Virus record (IMG/VR): IMGVR_UViG_3300032285_002078
Span: 1-58,411 of that record
Source: a virus
Lineage: Duplodnaviria > Caudoviricetes
Reading direction: 5' to 3' (one strand)
Length of the DNA: 58,411 nt
Shown: piece after piece, positions 1 through 9,876 of the stretch
Layout: the number at the start of each line of letters is the position of its first letter
How positions within the stretch are numbered: the first letter of the stretch is position 1
Translations under genes and position numbers: made by a program
Notes under the pieces: model-generated
Databases searched by the model: none
Seen by the model: the letters and a program-made list of their open reading frames with translations, nothing else
Told to the model about the DNA's origin: nothing

Positions 1-830
1 GCATATGGAATTTCGATTTGCAACGACTCAACAGGTTTTGCATAACGTGTTTTCATAATTTTACAGGCTGCACGAATACCATGTACTTCACTTGTCTTGG
101 TACCATTCTCGTCAGTCTTAAGTTTAAGTTTTTTCATAGCAACTACAATCGAACTTGCATAAACAAATCCCTGACCACCACTAATCTTGTCATCTGGATC
201 GAACATATCCTGACTTGCGTATGTATGGTTGGTGCAAACCATACCTACATTATAACTACCAAACATGTTAACACAATTACGAACAAGACTTGTAAGTGCT
301 TTAGGCTTACGACCCATGTCTCCCTTCATATCACCTGCTTCAAACTGGTTAATGTCAGTAGGAGTAAGCAACATACCTAATGAGTCTATAACAAATAAGA
401 CTTTAGGACGAGGCTCCATAGCTTTGTACTCTTTCATGAATTCACTGATAGTTTTTGCAACATCATCAATCATAGCCATGTTGAGTTTAAGCAATTTATC
501 TTCACTTGTATCTACACCAAGTGCGTGAAGCCATGCTTCGTCAAGTGCATTTTCGCTATCAATTAAGATAACATAGATACCTTGTTCTTGTGCATTTTTA
601 ACGATGTTTGCGGAACAGATATAACTTTTACCAGCACCAGATTCTCCAGCGAACACAGTGACTTTGCCCAAAGGAATACCTTTGTAAAAGTCGCCACTAA
701 TAAGTGCATTCAAAGCATAATTACCAGTGCCTATCCAGTCTGTAGGATCATTGAATCCTACACCTAAACCGTCAATTGACTTGGTCAGTGTCTTTCTAAA
801 TTTTGATAAATCGAACGCTTTAGTAGCCAT
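1..830 (-). CDS. uvsX: UvsX/RecA-like recombinase (3' end runs off the window; absent from the ORF track)
   Basis: Manual translation from ATG at 830: MATKAFDLSKFRK...GTGNYALNALISGDFYKGIPLGKVTVFAGESGAGKS (Walker A)...LIDSENALD...VLFVIDSLGML (Walker B)...SGGQGFIYASS. The frame stays open to the window edge. Confidence 0.93.
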   Translation of the reverse strand, partial: MATKAFDLSKFRKTLTKSIDGLGVGFNDPTDWIGTGNYALNALISGDFYKGIPLGKVTVFAGESGAGKSYICSANIVKNAQEQGIYVILIDSENALDEAWLHALGVDTSEDKLLKLNMAMIDDVAKTISEFMKEYKAMEPRPKVLFVIDSLGMLLTPTDINQFEAGDMKGDMGRKPKALTSLVRNCVNMFGSYNVGMVCTNHTYASQDMFDPDDKISGGQGFVYASSIVVAMKKLKLKTDENGTKTSEVHGIRAACKIMKTRYAKPVESLQIEIPY

Positions 831-831
831 A

Positions 832-1020
832 TTATTCTACATCCATTGTGTTCCACTCTTGTACTACAGCAAGCATTTCCTCTTCTGTATTACATAGAAC
901 TTTAGCAGTTTTCCAGTCGTCGTTTTCATTACGACCACCTACTTCAACCATAAAACCGTTATCATAACGATTAATAGTGATTGACTCGTTTACTTTTGTT
1001 AATTTGTTTAATTTAGACAT
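832..1020 (-). CDS. Small hypothetical protein (62 aa)
   Basis: Fills the gap between gp32 and uvsX; AGGA Shine-Dalgarno upstream; its stop abuts the uvsX start. Confidence 0.75.
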   Translation of the reverse strand: MSKLNKLTKVNESITINRYDNGFMVEVGGRNENDDWKTAKVLCNTEEEMLAVVQEWNTMDVE

Positions 1021-1087
1021 TTGTTTTTCCTGTTTTTATAGATGACAAGGGCGTACAACTAAATTGCAGAGGCCCAAGCCGAATGTT

Positions 1088-2068
1088 TTACTTTTGACGA
1101 TTACGAATCATTGCCAAGATATCTTGGGCACGATTATCACCGCCTGCATCTGCCGCTGGTGCAGGTGTAGCTTTTGCTACTGGAGCAGGAGTGTCATCTT
1201 CGTCATCATGTGATGCCGCAGGTATAGCTTTTGCTACTGGAGAAGATGTCTTTTGTGGATCACCTGTATTCTGGCTCATGCCAGCTGGTTTGAAGTATTG
1301 GCCCCAACGTTCCATATCATATGGCTCGCCATCAACTGACGCTTCAAACATTTCCTTCATTACCTTCAACTCGACATCAGTCGGCTTTTTAGGCAAGAAG
1401 TCAGACAAATTAAACAAACCGTGATCTTTAATTGCCGCTTGTTCTAAATCGTTCAATGGGCGCTCACGACGTGACCAAGTACTAGTAGAGTAGTCAGCAT
1501 AACCGCCTTTGCTACCTTTCTTCATACGATAGTCAATACCGTGTACGTAGTCTGTTGGCAAGTCTTCCAATTCTGGATCAACCAAAGCGGCACGGATACT
1601 TGTAAAGATCTGTGGGCCGATGATAAATCTACGGATTGGATTTGCTGGGGTTTCTTTTTCAGCAAGACCATCTTCTACTACGAAGCCTTGGAAAATATAA
1701 CTACGTTTCTTCCAGTACTTACGGCCCATGTCTTCCAATGCTGGGTCTTTGAACCATGCACGAACTTCTGACAAGATCGGGCATACATTGCCTTCGCCAT
1801 ACATTTCTACGCATGGAACTTGTACTGTAATTTGTTTGCTTTCTGATTCACCTTTAATTCCGGCGAATGGCAATTTGATCATTGCACGTTCAACCCAGAA
1901 AAAAGTGTTATTGGCGTTACCGTCTGGTAGGAAGCGTAGGACCGCTTCGTCGCCTTCTTTTAGATTCCAGAATGGATAAATTGAATTGTCTCCACCTGTT
2001 CTGTTACCGTCTGAACCTTTCGATTCTGCTGCCTTAAGTTTTGCTCTGATTTCTGCTAATGTAGCCAT
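1088..2068 (-). CDS. gp32: T4 gp32-like single-stranded DNA-binding protein
   Basis: gp32-type AVLRFLP motif, C..CP.....W...Y..KRSY core, KGGYADYSTSTW and an acidic/low-complexity tail; next to uvsX; AGGAG SD. Confidence 0.9.
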   Translation of the reverse strand: MATLAEIRAKLKAAESKGSDGNRTGGDNSIYPFWNLKEGDEAVLRFLPDGNANNTFFWVERAMIKLPFAGIKGESESKQITVQVPCVEMYGEGNVCPILSEVRAWFKDPALEDMGRKYWKKRSYIFQGFVVEDGLAEKETPANPIRRFIIGPQIFTSIRAALVDPELEDLPTDYVHGIDYRMKKGSKGGYADYSTSTWSRRERPLNDLEQAAIKDHGLFNLSDFLPKKPTDVELKVMKEMFEASVDGEPYDMERWGQYFKPAGMSQNTGDPQKTSSPVAKAIPAASHDDEDDTPAPVAKATPAPAADAGGDNRAQDILAMIRNRQK

Positions 2069-2166
2069 AGTATTTCTCCTGTTGTAAGCCTATGTTTTGC
2101 ATTTCTGCTATTTTTATGTGCCTGTATTGCTTTAGAACCTACTAAAGCAAAAAACGCATACATGTT

Positions 2167-2195
2167 ATTGTATACGTTTTTATTTATCATTGCAA
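2167..2195 (-). promoter_or_regulatory. Sigma70-like promoter (TTGCAA-17-TACAAT) with a TAAATA late core (2181-2186) inside its spacer, upstream of gp32
   Basis: Minus strand reads TTGCAA TGATAAATAAAAACGTA TACAAT; spacer is 17 nt. Confidence 0.6.
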
Positions 2196-2231
2196 GAGAA
2201 ATCTTGCTTAAATGTGATTTATTTTCACCAA

Positions 2232-3704
2232 TTATCTACGACCCAATGAAACTATTCTTGCCAAAGTTTGATCGTCTGCATACTTGACTGCTTCTTGTAC
2301 ACGGCCTGGTAAAGGTTTAACATTGGGCATAGGTCTTGGTGTTGGAGGATTTGGAAGATTAGTAAACTTGCTTGTATCAAGTTCTTTTTTATCCGGAGGA
2401 GTAGGTGCTGTTGGTGGAGTAGGTGCTGTTGGTGGAGTAGGTGCCTTTGGCGCCGCAGTATCATCTTTTTGTTGAGTGGTATATTGTTTACCTTTCCAAG
2501 TAAATATTCCACCTCCTGGATTTTTCGGATCTTTTTGCATTTGAGCATTACGTGCCGCTCTAAATGCTTGTCCAAAACTTTGATTAGCTGGCACAACGCC
2601 ATCACCTCCGGCTGATTGTCCTCCGGGTATTGTAGTTGCAGGATCTGCTCCTGGTTTAGTTCCATCTAATGCCGCACTTCCTGTTGTAGGTTGTGCCGCA
2701 TTAGCTGTCATTGCCGCCCCCATTGCCTGATCTTCTGCATCTTGGTTAGCACCAATTTCTTTTTCTTTTGCCGCTTGAGCATTAGCCTTCATTGCCGCAC
2801 CCATATCTGCATCTTCTTGATCTGCCGCGGTTAAAGCAGGTGCTGTTTCTGGTGTTTTAGCAGCTTGATCGATAGCGGCTTGTGCATTTTTTAATGCTTC
2901 AACTGTTTCTGGATCGTGATCATTGCCTTCTAATTTTTCAATTTCAGCCATTATGGCCTGGCATTGTTGAATTAATTCTGCTTTATCAGTTGCAGGAGTT
3001 TTAGGGGCCGCCTGGTTCGCAGGATTTTCTAATCCGCCAGTTGGAATAGCTGTTGCCGCATTAGTAGTTCCAATTGGATTTTTAGCCGTATCTCCTGGTT
3101 TGCTAGCAGGTACATCAGCTTCTGCGATTAAACTACGTAATCGTCTCATAGCCTCTGCTAACGGTAAATTAGCAGGCACTACGCCACCGCCAGTTTTAGC
3201 ATCTCTAGTTCCTATTAATGCTAATAAATTAGTTACAACTTTTTTCAATTCTTCAACTTTTGCATCTACTGCTTTATCAGTTTCAATTTTTTTCTGAGCG
3301 GCTGTTTGATTAGCAATATTTTGTGCCTGTGCATCTGCACTTGCTCCACGACCAAACAAATTTCTAGTTAAGTAATCAGCTTGTCCAGCATTGGGCATAG
3401 TACCATCCCATTGATCAAACGGAGGTAATTCTGGAGGCAATCCGTAACGTTGACGTACAATATCATCCTTTGGAGGGTAAGATACTTCTGCCTTATTATA
3501 CAAGTCTTTAATTTGTTGTAATGCTAATGCATAATTACGCTGACTCTTTTTACCTTTCTGAGCAGTAGTTGCTTGATAATCAGGTTTGCCCCACGAACTT
3601 GGGTCGTACCATACTTCATCAATTTCATTATTGTTTTCTAAAATTAATTTTTCTCTTAATGAATTAACACGTTTGGATAATTCAGCTTCTGTAATTTTTT
3701 TCAT
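2232..3704 (-). CDS. Low-complexity Ala/Pro-rich protein, putative internal head protein (490 aa)
   Basis: Long ORF with several (I/L/V)-x-E sites, a duplicated DxEDxxMGAAMxANA segment, an SFGQAFRAAR...FTWKGKQYTT module and C-terminal LARIVSLG. Function is inferred. Confidence 0.6.
   Translation of the reverse strand: MKKITEAELSKRVNSLREKLILENNNEIDEVWYDPSSWGKPDYQATTAQKGKKSQRNYALALQQIKDLYNKAEVSYPPKDDIVRQRYGLPPELPPFDQWDGTMPNAGQADYLTRNLFGRGASADAQAQNIANQTAAQKKIETDKAVDAKVEELKKVVTNLLALIGTRDAKTGGGVVPANLPLAEAMRRLRSLIAEADVPASKPGDTAKNPIGTTNAATAIPTGGLENPANQAAPKTPATDKAELIQQCQAIMAEIEKLEGNDHDPETVEALKNAQAAIDQAAKTPETAPALTAADQEDADMGAAMKANAQAAKEKEIGANQDAEDQAMGAAMTANAAQPTTGSAALDGTKPGADPATTIPGGQSAGGDGVVPANQSFGQAFRAARNAQMQKDPKNPGGGIFTWKGKQYTTQQKDDTAAPKAPTPPTAPTPPTAPTPPDKKELDTSKFTNLPNPPTPRPMPNVKPLPGRVQEAVKYADDQTLARIVSLGRR
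2398..2444. repeat. In-frame 18-bp tandem repeat (about 2.6 copies) encoding APTPPT
   Basis: ggagtaggtgctgttggt is repeated directly. Confidence 0.9.
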
Positions 3705-3706
3705 AA

Positions 3707-6283
3707 TTATTTAATTCCTGCAATTTTCAGCCATGACGCTAGTTCATCACTTTCGTTCATGCCCGGTATAGTCATGCCTTGTTTAGGCATTTTACTCATG
3801 ATTTGTTGCATCATAGCATTTGGATCTATATTGCCTGCACCACCGGGTAACTCCATGTTACCTTGTGGCATCTTGCTTTGTATACCTTTCATCATAGCTC
3901 GAGGATCAAATTGACCGTCATCGCCTATACCTGGCATATTCATACCTTTCATCATGCCACCAAGTTTACTTTGAATACTTTTTTGCATAGCTTCTGGACT
4001 AGATCCATCAAAGCCCATACCAGTAACCATATCTCTAAATTTGGCCATGGCATCTGCATAACTCGCTGGCTTTCCGTCAATTGTACCAGTTTGATTATTG
4101 CTTGATGTTTGACCTGCTTGGGGTACAGATGCATTTGTTTCATCTGGCACTTCAAGATCGCCTTCTTCATCGCCTTCATCCGAGTCATCGTAAGGACCCA
4201 TGCTAGGATTATCTTCATCTACACTGTGAGCTTGATGTGGAAGTCCTGCCATTTGCTTCATGCGATTTAACCCGCTTGCATCACTGCTTGGATCCATTTT
4301 TTCAATCATAGCTAACACTCGGCTAACATCTTCTTTGGTAGCATGTTCATATTCGCCATTTTTAAAATTGGAAATAACATGTTGTTTAGTCCAAGTGCCA
4401 CCTTTGGTAAAGTTGCCTTCTGTAATGGTTGCATCTCTATTCCAAAAACCACTAATGCTTTTTAAGATTTCTTGTACACCGTCACCACTACTGTGTGACT
4501 TCATACCAATGCTTGCTGGGTCAATACCGCATTCTTGCAATGCACTCATCAGGCTCATCTTTCTAGAACCAAAATCTAATTGTGTGTCTGGGCCTGCTCC
4601 GCACTCGACAGCTTTAATTAATTTGGCTTTTAACTTACTCATACCCATGCTTTCTGCAACTTGAGGAGCTTCTGGCTCGGCAGGTGCCTCTGGAGCAGTT
4701 GGCTCATCAGGTGTTGCTGGTGCCTCTGGTTCAGCCGTTGTCATGTCTTGACCACCCACAGGCATGTCACTGCCTTCAGGACTACTAAATTGTAATTGTC
4801 CTGATTGAATTAAATCTGCAAGATCTTTGTTATGCTCGGACATTTGATTTAAAATTACTTCAATTCCTGAACGCATATCTAAATCGCCTGTATCACTTAA
4901 ATGGTCTAACATAGAAGCAAACTCTGGATCAGGAATTAACTCTTTTACTTTGTTAAGATTAACATCGTCTGGGCCGCCTTTGAGTTCAGTTTTGAAAATA
5001 TCATTTAATTCAGCGACTGCACTTGGACGTTGTTTTGGATCAAATATTCCGCCCAGGACTTGTGTAGTATTGTCATCTTCGGGGAGAATACCATTCATAA
5101 AGTCTTCAAATGCTTGCTCTGGATTAAATCCTTCTTTTTTAGGCATACCTTTTTGGGCCAATGCTTTTACAGTATCATGAGGTGTACGGTTAGGATTGTG
5201 TTTTTTCTTAAAAGGAGATTTGTTCTTGTCAGCATCTTGTTCAGTTTTATCTTTATACCACGGAGCAACATCTTCTTTGTCATCTTCTGCTAATAAATCT
5301 TCTGCTGTTAATTCACGTACTGGTAATTCACTTTCATCAACTAATTTATAGATATACGGGAATACGCTTTTCAATTCTTCGTTGAATGTGCGTATAGTTA
5401 AACGATCAATCCAGTCATCCATAACTGCTTCAGGAATCATTTGTTCTTCTTGTTCTTGAAAACTTTCCGCAAATTGTTGATAATATGTAGGACGTTGTAA
5501 TGAATGTATTTCTTTTTTAATGCTATCAATGCGTTCCATTACTTTGCTAGTAATATCGCCCATTGCTTCGCTTAATTGTGTTTGACGACTAACATAGCTT
5601 TTAAACTTACGCAAACTTGCTAATTCTTCGCTTAAACCAGTAATGTGTTGACCGATACCGTCGTAAGGATGTCCGCCTGCTTTGATGTGTTCTGCTAATG
5701 CACGGGCACCATTCAAATGCTTTACTGGATAACGGAAACGTTCTCCTACGGCATTCTCAATGTAAATGTTTTCAATGTGCATTGTTCGGCCTGCGGCAAG
5801 TTCAGGATTAATTTGTTGACTGTGTTTAATAATTAATCGTGCTTCTCCGAGATCCTGGTAGCTCATCTTCGAAGTACCAAACAACTTGTTTTCCATAATC
5901 ATATCATCCTTAACTTTGGAGCGAAACGCATAGTCTCTTTTATCTAAATTACTTTTACCCATTCTTTTAACATCATAATTTAATAGCCTATCTTTAGCAA
6001 ACTGCCTAAAACTGCGAATAAATTTAAATGCACCAGGGTGTTTTTTTGCAACAATATCTCCGCTGACTTCTAACACAACACCTTCATCGGCGTCAAGTGT
6101 AACAGAAATAGTGCCAATTTCGTCACCGTCTTCTTTGTATTCAAACTCAAAAAATCGAGCTTTGGGTATATCTTGTTTTTTACTCAATACGTTAGCTTCT
6201 TCATCTCCGATACGAATATCAGGGAAGCGTGTCTGTATTTTTCCATAAAGGTCTTTAGCAATTGTATCTAAATTAGCATCCAT
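3707..6283 (-). CDS. Large hypothetical virion-associated protein; probable start MDANLD at 6283
   Basis: The ORF-track start (6361) overlaps terL; the ATG at 6283 follows a TAAATA core. Globular N-terminal half, acidic/Met-Gly-rich C-terminal half with xxE sites and two L..(M/W)...AG(L/I) motifs. Confidence 0.65.
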   Translation of the reverse strand: MDANLDTIAKDLYGKIQTRFPDIRIGDEEANVLSKKQDIPKARFFEFEYKEDGDEIGTISVTLDADEGVVLEVSGDIVAKKHPGAFKFIRSFRQFAKDRLLNYDVKRMGKSNLDKRDYAFRSKVKDDMIMENKLFGTSKMSYQDLGEARLIIKHSQQINPELAAGRTMHIENIYIENAVGERFRYPVKHLNGARALAEHIKAGGHPYDGIGQHITGLSEELASLRKFKSYVSRQTQLSEAMGDITSKVMERIDSIKKEIHSLQRPTYYQQFAESFQEQEEQMIPEAVMDDWIDRLTIRTFNEELKSVFPYIYKLVDESELPVRELTAEDLLAEDDKEDVAPWYKDKTEQDADKNKSPFKKKHNPNRTPHDTVKALAQKGMPKKEGFNPEQAFEDFMNGILPEDDNTTQVLGGIFDPKQRPSAVAELNDIFKTELKGGPDDVNLNKVKELIPDPEFASMLDHLSDTGDLDMRSGIEVILNQMSEHNKDLADLIQSGQLQFSSPEGSDMPVGGQDMTTAEPEAPATPDEPTAPEAPAEPEAPQVAESMGMSKLKAKLIKAVECGAGPDTQLDFGSRKMSLMSALQECGIDPASIGMKSHSSGDGVQEILKSISGFWNRDATITEGNFTKGGTWTKQHVISNFKNGEYEHATKEDVSRVLAMIEKMDPSSDASGLNRMKQMAGLPHQAHSVDEDNPSMGPYDDSDEGDEEGDLEVPDETNASVPQAGQTSSNNQTGTIDGKPASYADAMAKFRDMVTGMGFDGSSPEAMQKSIQSKLGGMMKGMNMPGIGDDGQFDPRAMMKGIQSKMPQGNMELPGGAGNIDPNAMMQQIMSKMPKQGMTIPGMNESDELASWLKIAGIK

Positions 6284-6293
6284 ATGATATTTA

Positions 6294-7889
6294 TCAAACG
6301 TTAGAGGAAATGAATATGGGTAGTGGTGCTTCCCAATCTTCGGTAAAATCGTTATTAACACTCATTGTTTCAAATACTACAGGATCCCATTCTGCTAGAA
6401 TAACACTCATACGTATTATAAGCAATAATGCACTTACTAAATCGTCATGTTGCCCAACTTTTGCTTTGAAGCTGGTGCCTGCCGCAATAAATGCCTTGAG
6501 CTCTGTAATCAAAGGCCTACTGTTTATTTTCATTTTATCGTTTTCAATTAGATATTTTAAACGGGCACAAGCTGATATTTTGCTGCCAAATGTAGTATTA
6601 AACCCTTTACGGAATTTACGCACATGTCCTTTCTTCACAGGCTCGCTGACAAATAATCCTGGGAATGTTTCTTCTCCAAGATCCTTAATAACAACTAAAG
6701 CCGCTTCACCTACTGTATTATTTTCCACACTCCAATAGATACTATTGGTGTATTCTTGACCAATTTCGTCTTGAATATATTTCACTATATCTCTAAATAT
6801 CCTAACTTGATCTTGGATGATTGTAAGATTGTGTTGCCATTCTCCACACTGTATCATGCTAGGTAATTCAAATATTTGTATGGCAGCATAATCTCCGCCT
6901 GTTCCTAAACTCGGATCCAGTGCAACAACATATAAGTTTCCTGGTGTTGGTTTTTTAAACCAACGAACTTGTCCCATTTTAGTAATGGCCTCTCGACCAG
7001 TAAGCTCGCTTAATTTAATACTATTAATAAGAGTCTCGTCGTACACCAAGAACTCGCAACCGTATTCACGACGGAAACGTTCTTCGCCAATACGCCCCAT
7101 CTCAACTTGTTTCCAATTTTCATCACGATCAGGATGTTCACTCCATTCTGCACGGAAACCGTGAAAGCCATTAATGCCAAGGCCGTCTTCTTTCTCGTTG
7201 CCAAACTCATCAAAGGTGTTTTTACTTTCTTTCCAAATTAATGCAAATTCGTCTTCGTCACTGTTTGGAGTACTGGTGATAATTGCTCGACCACCAGTTG
7301 CTAGTGTTGGGCTGATTGAAGTCCAAAACTCTGTGGCAATATTTGGTTGAACGAAAGCAAACTCATCACAGTATAATAAGGATATTGACATACCGCGACC
7401 AGTATTGCCGGTAGTAGTTGCTGATACAATTCTTGATCCATTTTCAAACTCTATTGAGCCCTTGTTATAGTTTACTACGCCTGCACGAATATGATCAGGG
7501 CATAGTTCGTATCCATAACGAATACGTTGCATAATTTCTTGTGAGCCTGTGTATTTGTGTGCGGCAACTAGAATAGTTTGATCTGGATGGAACATAGCAA
7601 ACCATAGTAAGTATGCTGACGCACAAGTTGTCTTGCCACTTTGACGTGGTAGCATGTTAATGTTAAAACGATAATCGTGATAACTTTGTAATAGTCTTTC
7701 CTGATATTCAAAAGGTTGGAACAACATTTTACCTTTAACAGGATGCTGAATATAGAAAAAGTTTTTACTAAAATGTAAATATCCGTTAGTCGGATCAGCA
7801 CATGCCAGCAAGTCAGTAACTTGCTGTTCCGTAAACTTTTCTCGAGTATGTGCTTTCTTGGTGATTACACCATCTAAACTTTTTGACAT
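6294..7889 (-). CDS. gp17: Terminase large subunit (T4 gp17-like)
   Basis: Adenine-binding PFEYQ, Walker A LPRQSGKTT, Walker B LLYCDEFAF, coupling motif ITSTPN, nuclease ALDPSLG.GGDY and HDDLV. Confidence 0.96.
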   Translation of the reverse strand: MSKSLDGVITKKAHTREKFTEQQVTDLLACADPTNGYLHFSKNFFYIQHPVKGKMLFQPFEYQERLLQSYHDYRFNINMLPRQSGKTTCASAYLLWFAMFHPDQTILVAAHKYTGSQEIMQRIRYGYELCPDHIRAGVVNYNKGSIEFENGSRIVSATTTGNTGRGMSISLLYCDEFAFVQPNIATEFWTSISPTLATGGRAIITSTPNSDEDEFALIWKESKNTFDEFGNEKEDGLGINGFHGFRAEWSEHPDRDENWKQVEMGRIGEERFRREYGCEFLVYDETLINSIKLSELTGREAITKMGQVRWFKKPTPGNLYVVALDPSLGTGGDYAAIQIFELPSMIQCGEWQHNLTIIQDQVRIFRDIVKYIQDEIGQEYTNSIYWSVENNTVGEAALVVIKDLGEETFPGLFVSEPVKKGHVRKFRKGFNTTFGSKISACARLKYLIENDKMKINSRPLITELKAFIAAGTSFKAKVGQHDDLVSALLLIIRMSVILAEWDPVVFETMSVNNDFTEDWEAPLPIFISSNV

Positions 7890-7903
7890 AACTTTATTTA
7901 CAT

Positions 7904-7930
7904 AAAAAAAGCACCACGAAGGTGCTTTTT
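7904..7930 (-). terminator. Intrinsic terminator
   Basis: Minus strand AAAAAGCACC-TTCGT-GGTGCTTTTTTT, just after the 7954 stop. Confidence 0.8.
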
Positions 7931-7953
7931 GATATCTCGATTAAGATATTGGT

Positions 7954-8751
7954 TTAATCGTACTTATTGTATTTGTCTCTAACTTTATCCAAATCTTTGC
8001 CTTCTTTTCCAGCTTTGGCCAATGCTTGCATACCTTCTTTACCATACTTTTCATAACCTTTGGCCGCACGACTCATAGTTTTTTTGTCGCCTGCTTCTTT
8101 GATTTCTTGGTATAAACTTGACAACTGACTAACAAGTTCTTCACTTACTTGTGTGTAAGGATTTCCGCCGCCGTTTGCTTTTCGTACTTCGTGATCACCG
8201 CGGCCATCGTTTGAACCAATATCAGTAACTGCTGATTGTGGTAGATATGCTTGCCCGCTTGCACCTGCCATAGAATTTGCAAATGCTTCCATCTCTGGTT
8301 CCATCTCTCCACCAAACACTACATCCATTTCGTCATGATCTGCATGTGGTTCACCTGCATTTTCAATACCTTTTAAGATATTCATTAGGTCGCGGATGCC
8401 GCCGTCACCTGAACCATTCATACTAACACTCATAGTAACTGAATCGCTTTGGCCGGGACTAGAAATAGAACCTCCCATTGGCATCATGTCTCCGCATTCT
8501 TCAACATCGCCTATGCTTTCGTCTTTTAGGTTACCTTCTTTTTCAGCACGTTGTAAAAATTTAATACGTGACTCGACGCCTTTAATGCCTGGCTCAATAT
8601 TTGCAGCATCAGCTCGGTCGCCGTAGCTAGGATTTTTTAAATGCTTCAATGTATTTTTAGCTTGATGACTGTGAGGAGTACCTTCAGTATCATCTGAATG
8701 TTTACCTTCATCAATAGCTTTAATCTTATTATAAATGTCTGCGAAGTTCAT
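7954..8751 (-). CDS. Hypothetical protein, putative processed head protein (265 aa)
   Basis: N-terminus MNFADIYNKIKAIDE, several xxE sites and a basic C-terminal segment after IKE. Confidence 0.6.
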   Translation of the reverse strand: MNFADIYNKIKAIDEGKHSDDTEGTPHSHQAKNTLKHLKNPSYGDRADAANIEPGIKGVESRIKFLQRAEKEGNLKDESIGDVEECGDMMPMGGSISSPGQSDSVTMSVSMNGSGDGGIRDLMNILKGIENAGEPHADHDEMDVVFGGEMEPEMEAFANSMAGASGQAYLPQSAVTDIGSNDGRGDHEVRKANGGGNPYTQVSEELVSQLSSLYQEIKEAGDKKTMSRAAKGYEKYGKEGMQALAKAGKEGKDLDKVRDKYNKYD

Positions 8752-8752
8752 A

Positions 8753-9370
8753 TTATTTTCCTTTCCTTGGGTCTGGATTAGTTACTTTGCCAAAGACCCC
8801 AGTAGTCAATGTTGGCTTCTCTGTTTTTGTAGATTTTGTTGCTTTTTCAGCGGGAGCTTTTTTAGCTAATATTTTTTCGTTGACGCCTTTATACTGTATA
8901 AGTCCAACTTTATTTTTTCCTAATTCTTTTAAGAAACTCATAACATGTTTTTCACCAACAGTATCTTGCCCAGTACTTTTTTCGTATTCTTTTTCAATTA
9001 ATGCTTCACCGGTTGGTTCATCATTGGCATGATTAAGCTCTTCTTCTTCTTCTTCTTTTAAATTACGCACTTTAATATAATCTGCGGAAGTTTTGCAATG
9101 CTCTGCAACTAAATTTTGTATTTCTAAACTTGTAGCAGGGTAGCTTGTGCATACATCAAATACGGTAACACCTACGTTAGCCAACCCTGGAAAATCTGTT
9201 TGTGTTCCTTGAATTGGAGTGCTTTTGCCGCTACTACAATTCTTAACGTGAAACTTTGATAAGGCACGTTTAATCAGCATAGAGCAGTCTTTAGGACAGT
9301 CTCCAGCAAATTTAATTTTAAATTCGTAGACTTGTTTATTTTCTACAAGGTATTCTTTGAATGATTTCAT
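8753..9370 (-). CDS. Hypothetical protein with an N-terminus resembling a T4 capsid-targeting sequence (205 aa)
   Basis: Begins MKSFKEYLVE, similar to the T4 internal-protein CTS MKTYQEFIAE; TAAATA at 9389-9394 and AGGA SD upstream. Confidence 0.65.
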   Translation of the reverse strand: MKSFKEYLVENKQVYEFKIKFAGDCPKDCSMLIKRALSKFHVKNCSSGKSTPIQGTQTDFPGLANVGVTVFDVCTSYPATSLEIQNLVAEHCKTSADYIKVRNLKEEEEEELNHANDEPTGEALIEKEYEKSTGQDTVGEKHVMSFLKELGKNKVGLIQYKGVNEKILAKKAPAEKATKSTKTEKPTLTTGVFGKVTNPDPRKGK

Positions 9371-9391
9371 TATATATTCCTGATAGTATAT

Positions 9392-9868
9392 TTATTTCAT
9401 ATTGCGTAGTTTTTCTAATAAACTATTGCGATCAGTAATAATAACACCATCGCCCTGTATACTAACGCTGTTGTCTTCTTGGATTGAGTCGTTATCTAAC
9501 TTTTGTTTCTTAAGTTGGAGATCAATCATTTTTAATTTTTTATCTATTTTTGCGGCTTTAGCATCTATAGCGTTTTTCAACATTCCGCCAGCAACTTCAA
9601 AAATGCGGCCGCTGTAACGTGCTTCCACATTCATACCTAAATCCATAAGATCATCAAAAGCATCTGTGGCACGAGTTGCAAGTGCGTCAAACTCTGCATC
9701 GCTTTCAGCAAGACCTTTTACTGCCGGTAATGCGGCTGCAATTTTATCAAATTCTGACATGTCGCGTAAAAAAGGTTGAGCCATTTCTGCTTTGGCAGCG
9801 GCTTTTTCTTCGTCCTTGACAACTTTTTTGCTCTCGGGTAAGTTTAAAATTTCTTCAAGTTTCTTCAT
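9392..9868 (-). CDS. Probable terminase small subunit (gp16-like)
   Basis: 158 aa, predicted helical; SGRIFEVAGGMLKNAIDA resembles the gp16 PRxxEVxxxL helix and the C-terminal VIITDRNSLLEKL resembles the gp16 tail; close to terL. Confidence 0.55.
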   Translation of the reverse strand: MKKLEEILNLPESKKVVKDEEKAAAKAEMAQPFLRDMSEFDKIAAALPAVKGLAESDAEFDALATRATDAFDDLMDLGMNVEARYSGRIFEVAGGMLKNAIDAKAAKIDKKLKMIDLQLKKQKLDNDSIQEDNSVSIQGDGVIITDRNSLLEKLRNMK

Positions 9869-9876
9869 AATAATAC

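Noticed and set aside
18-767. Plus-strand ORFs 18-380, 265-528 and 582-767
   Set aside because: They are antisense shadows of the minus-strand uvsX gene, which the ORF track missed because it lacks a stop in the window.
2398-2444. CRISPR-like repeat array
   Set aside because: The repeats have no spacers and are in frame, encoding a Pro/Thr linker.
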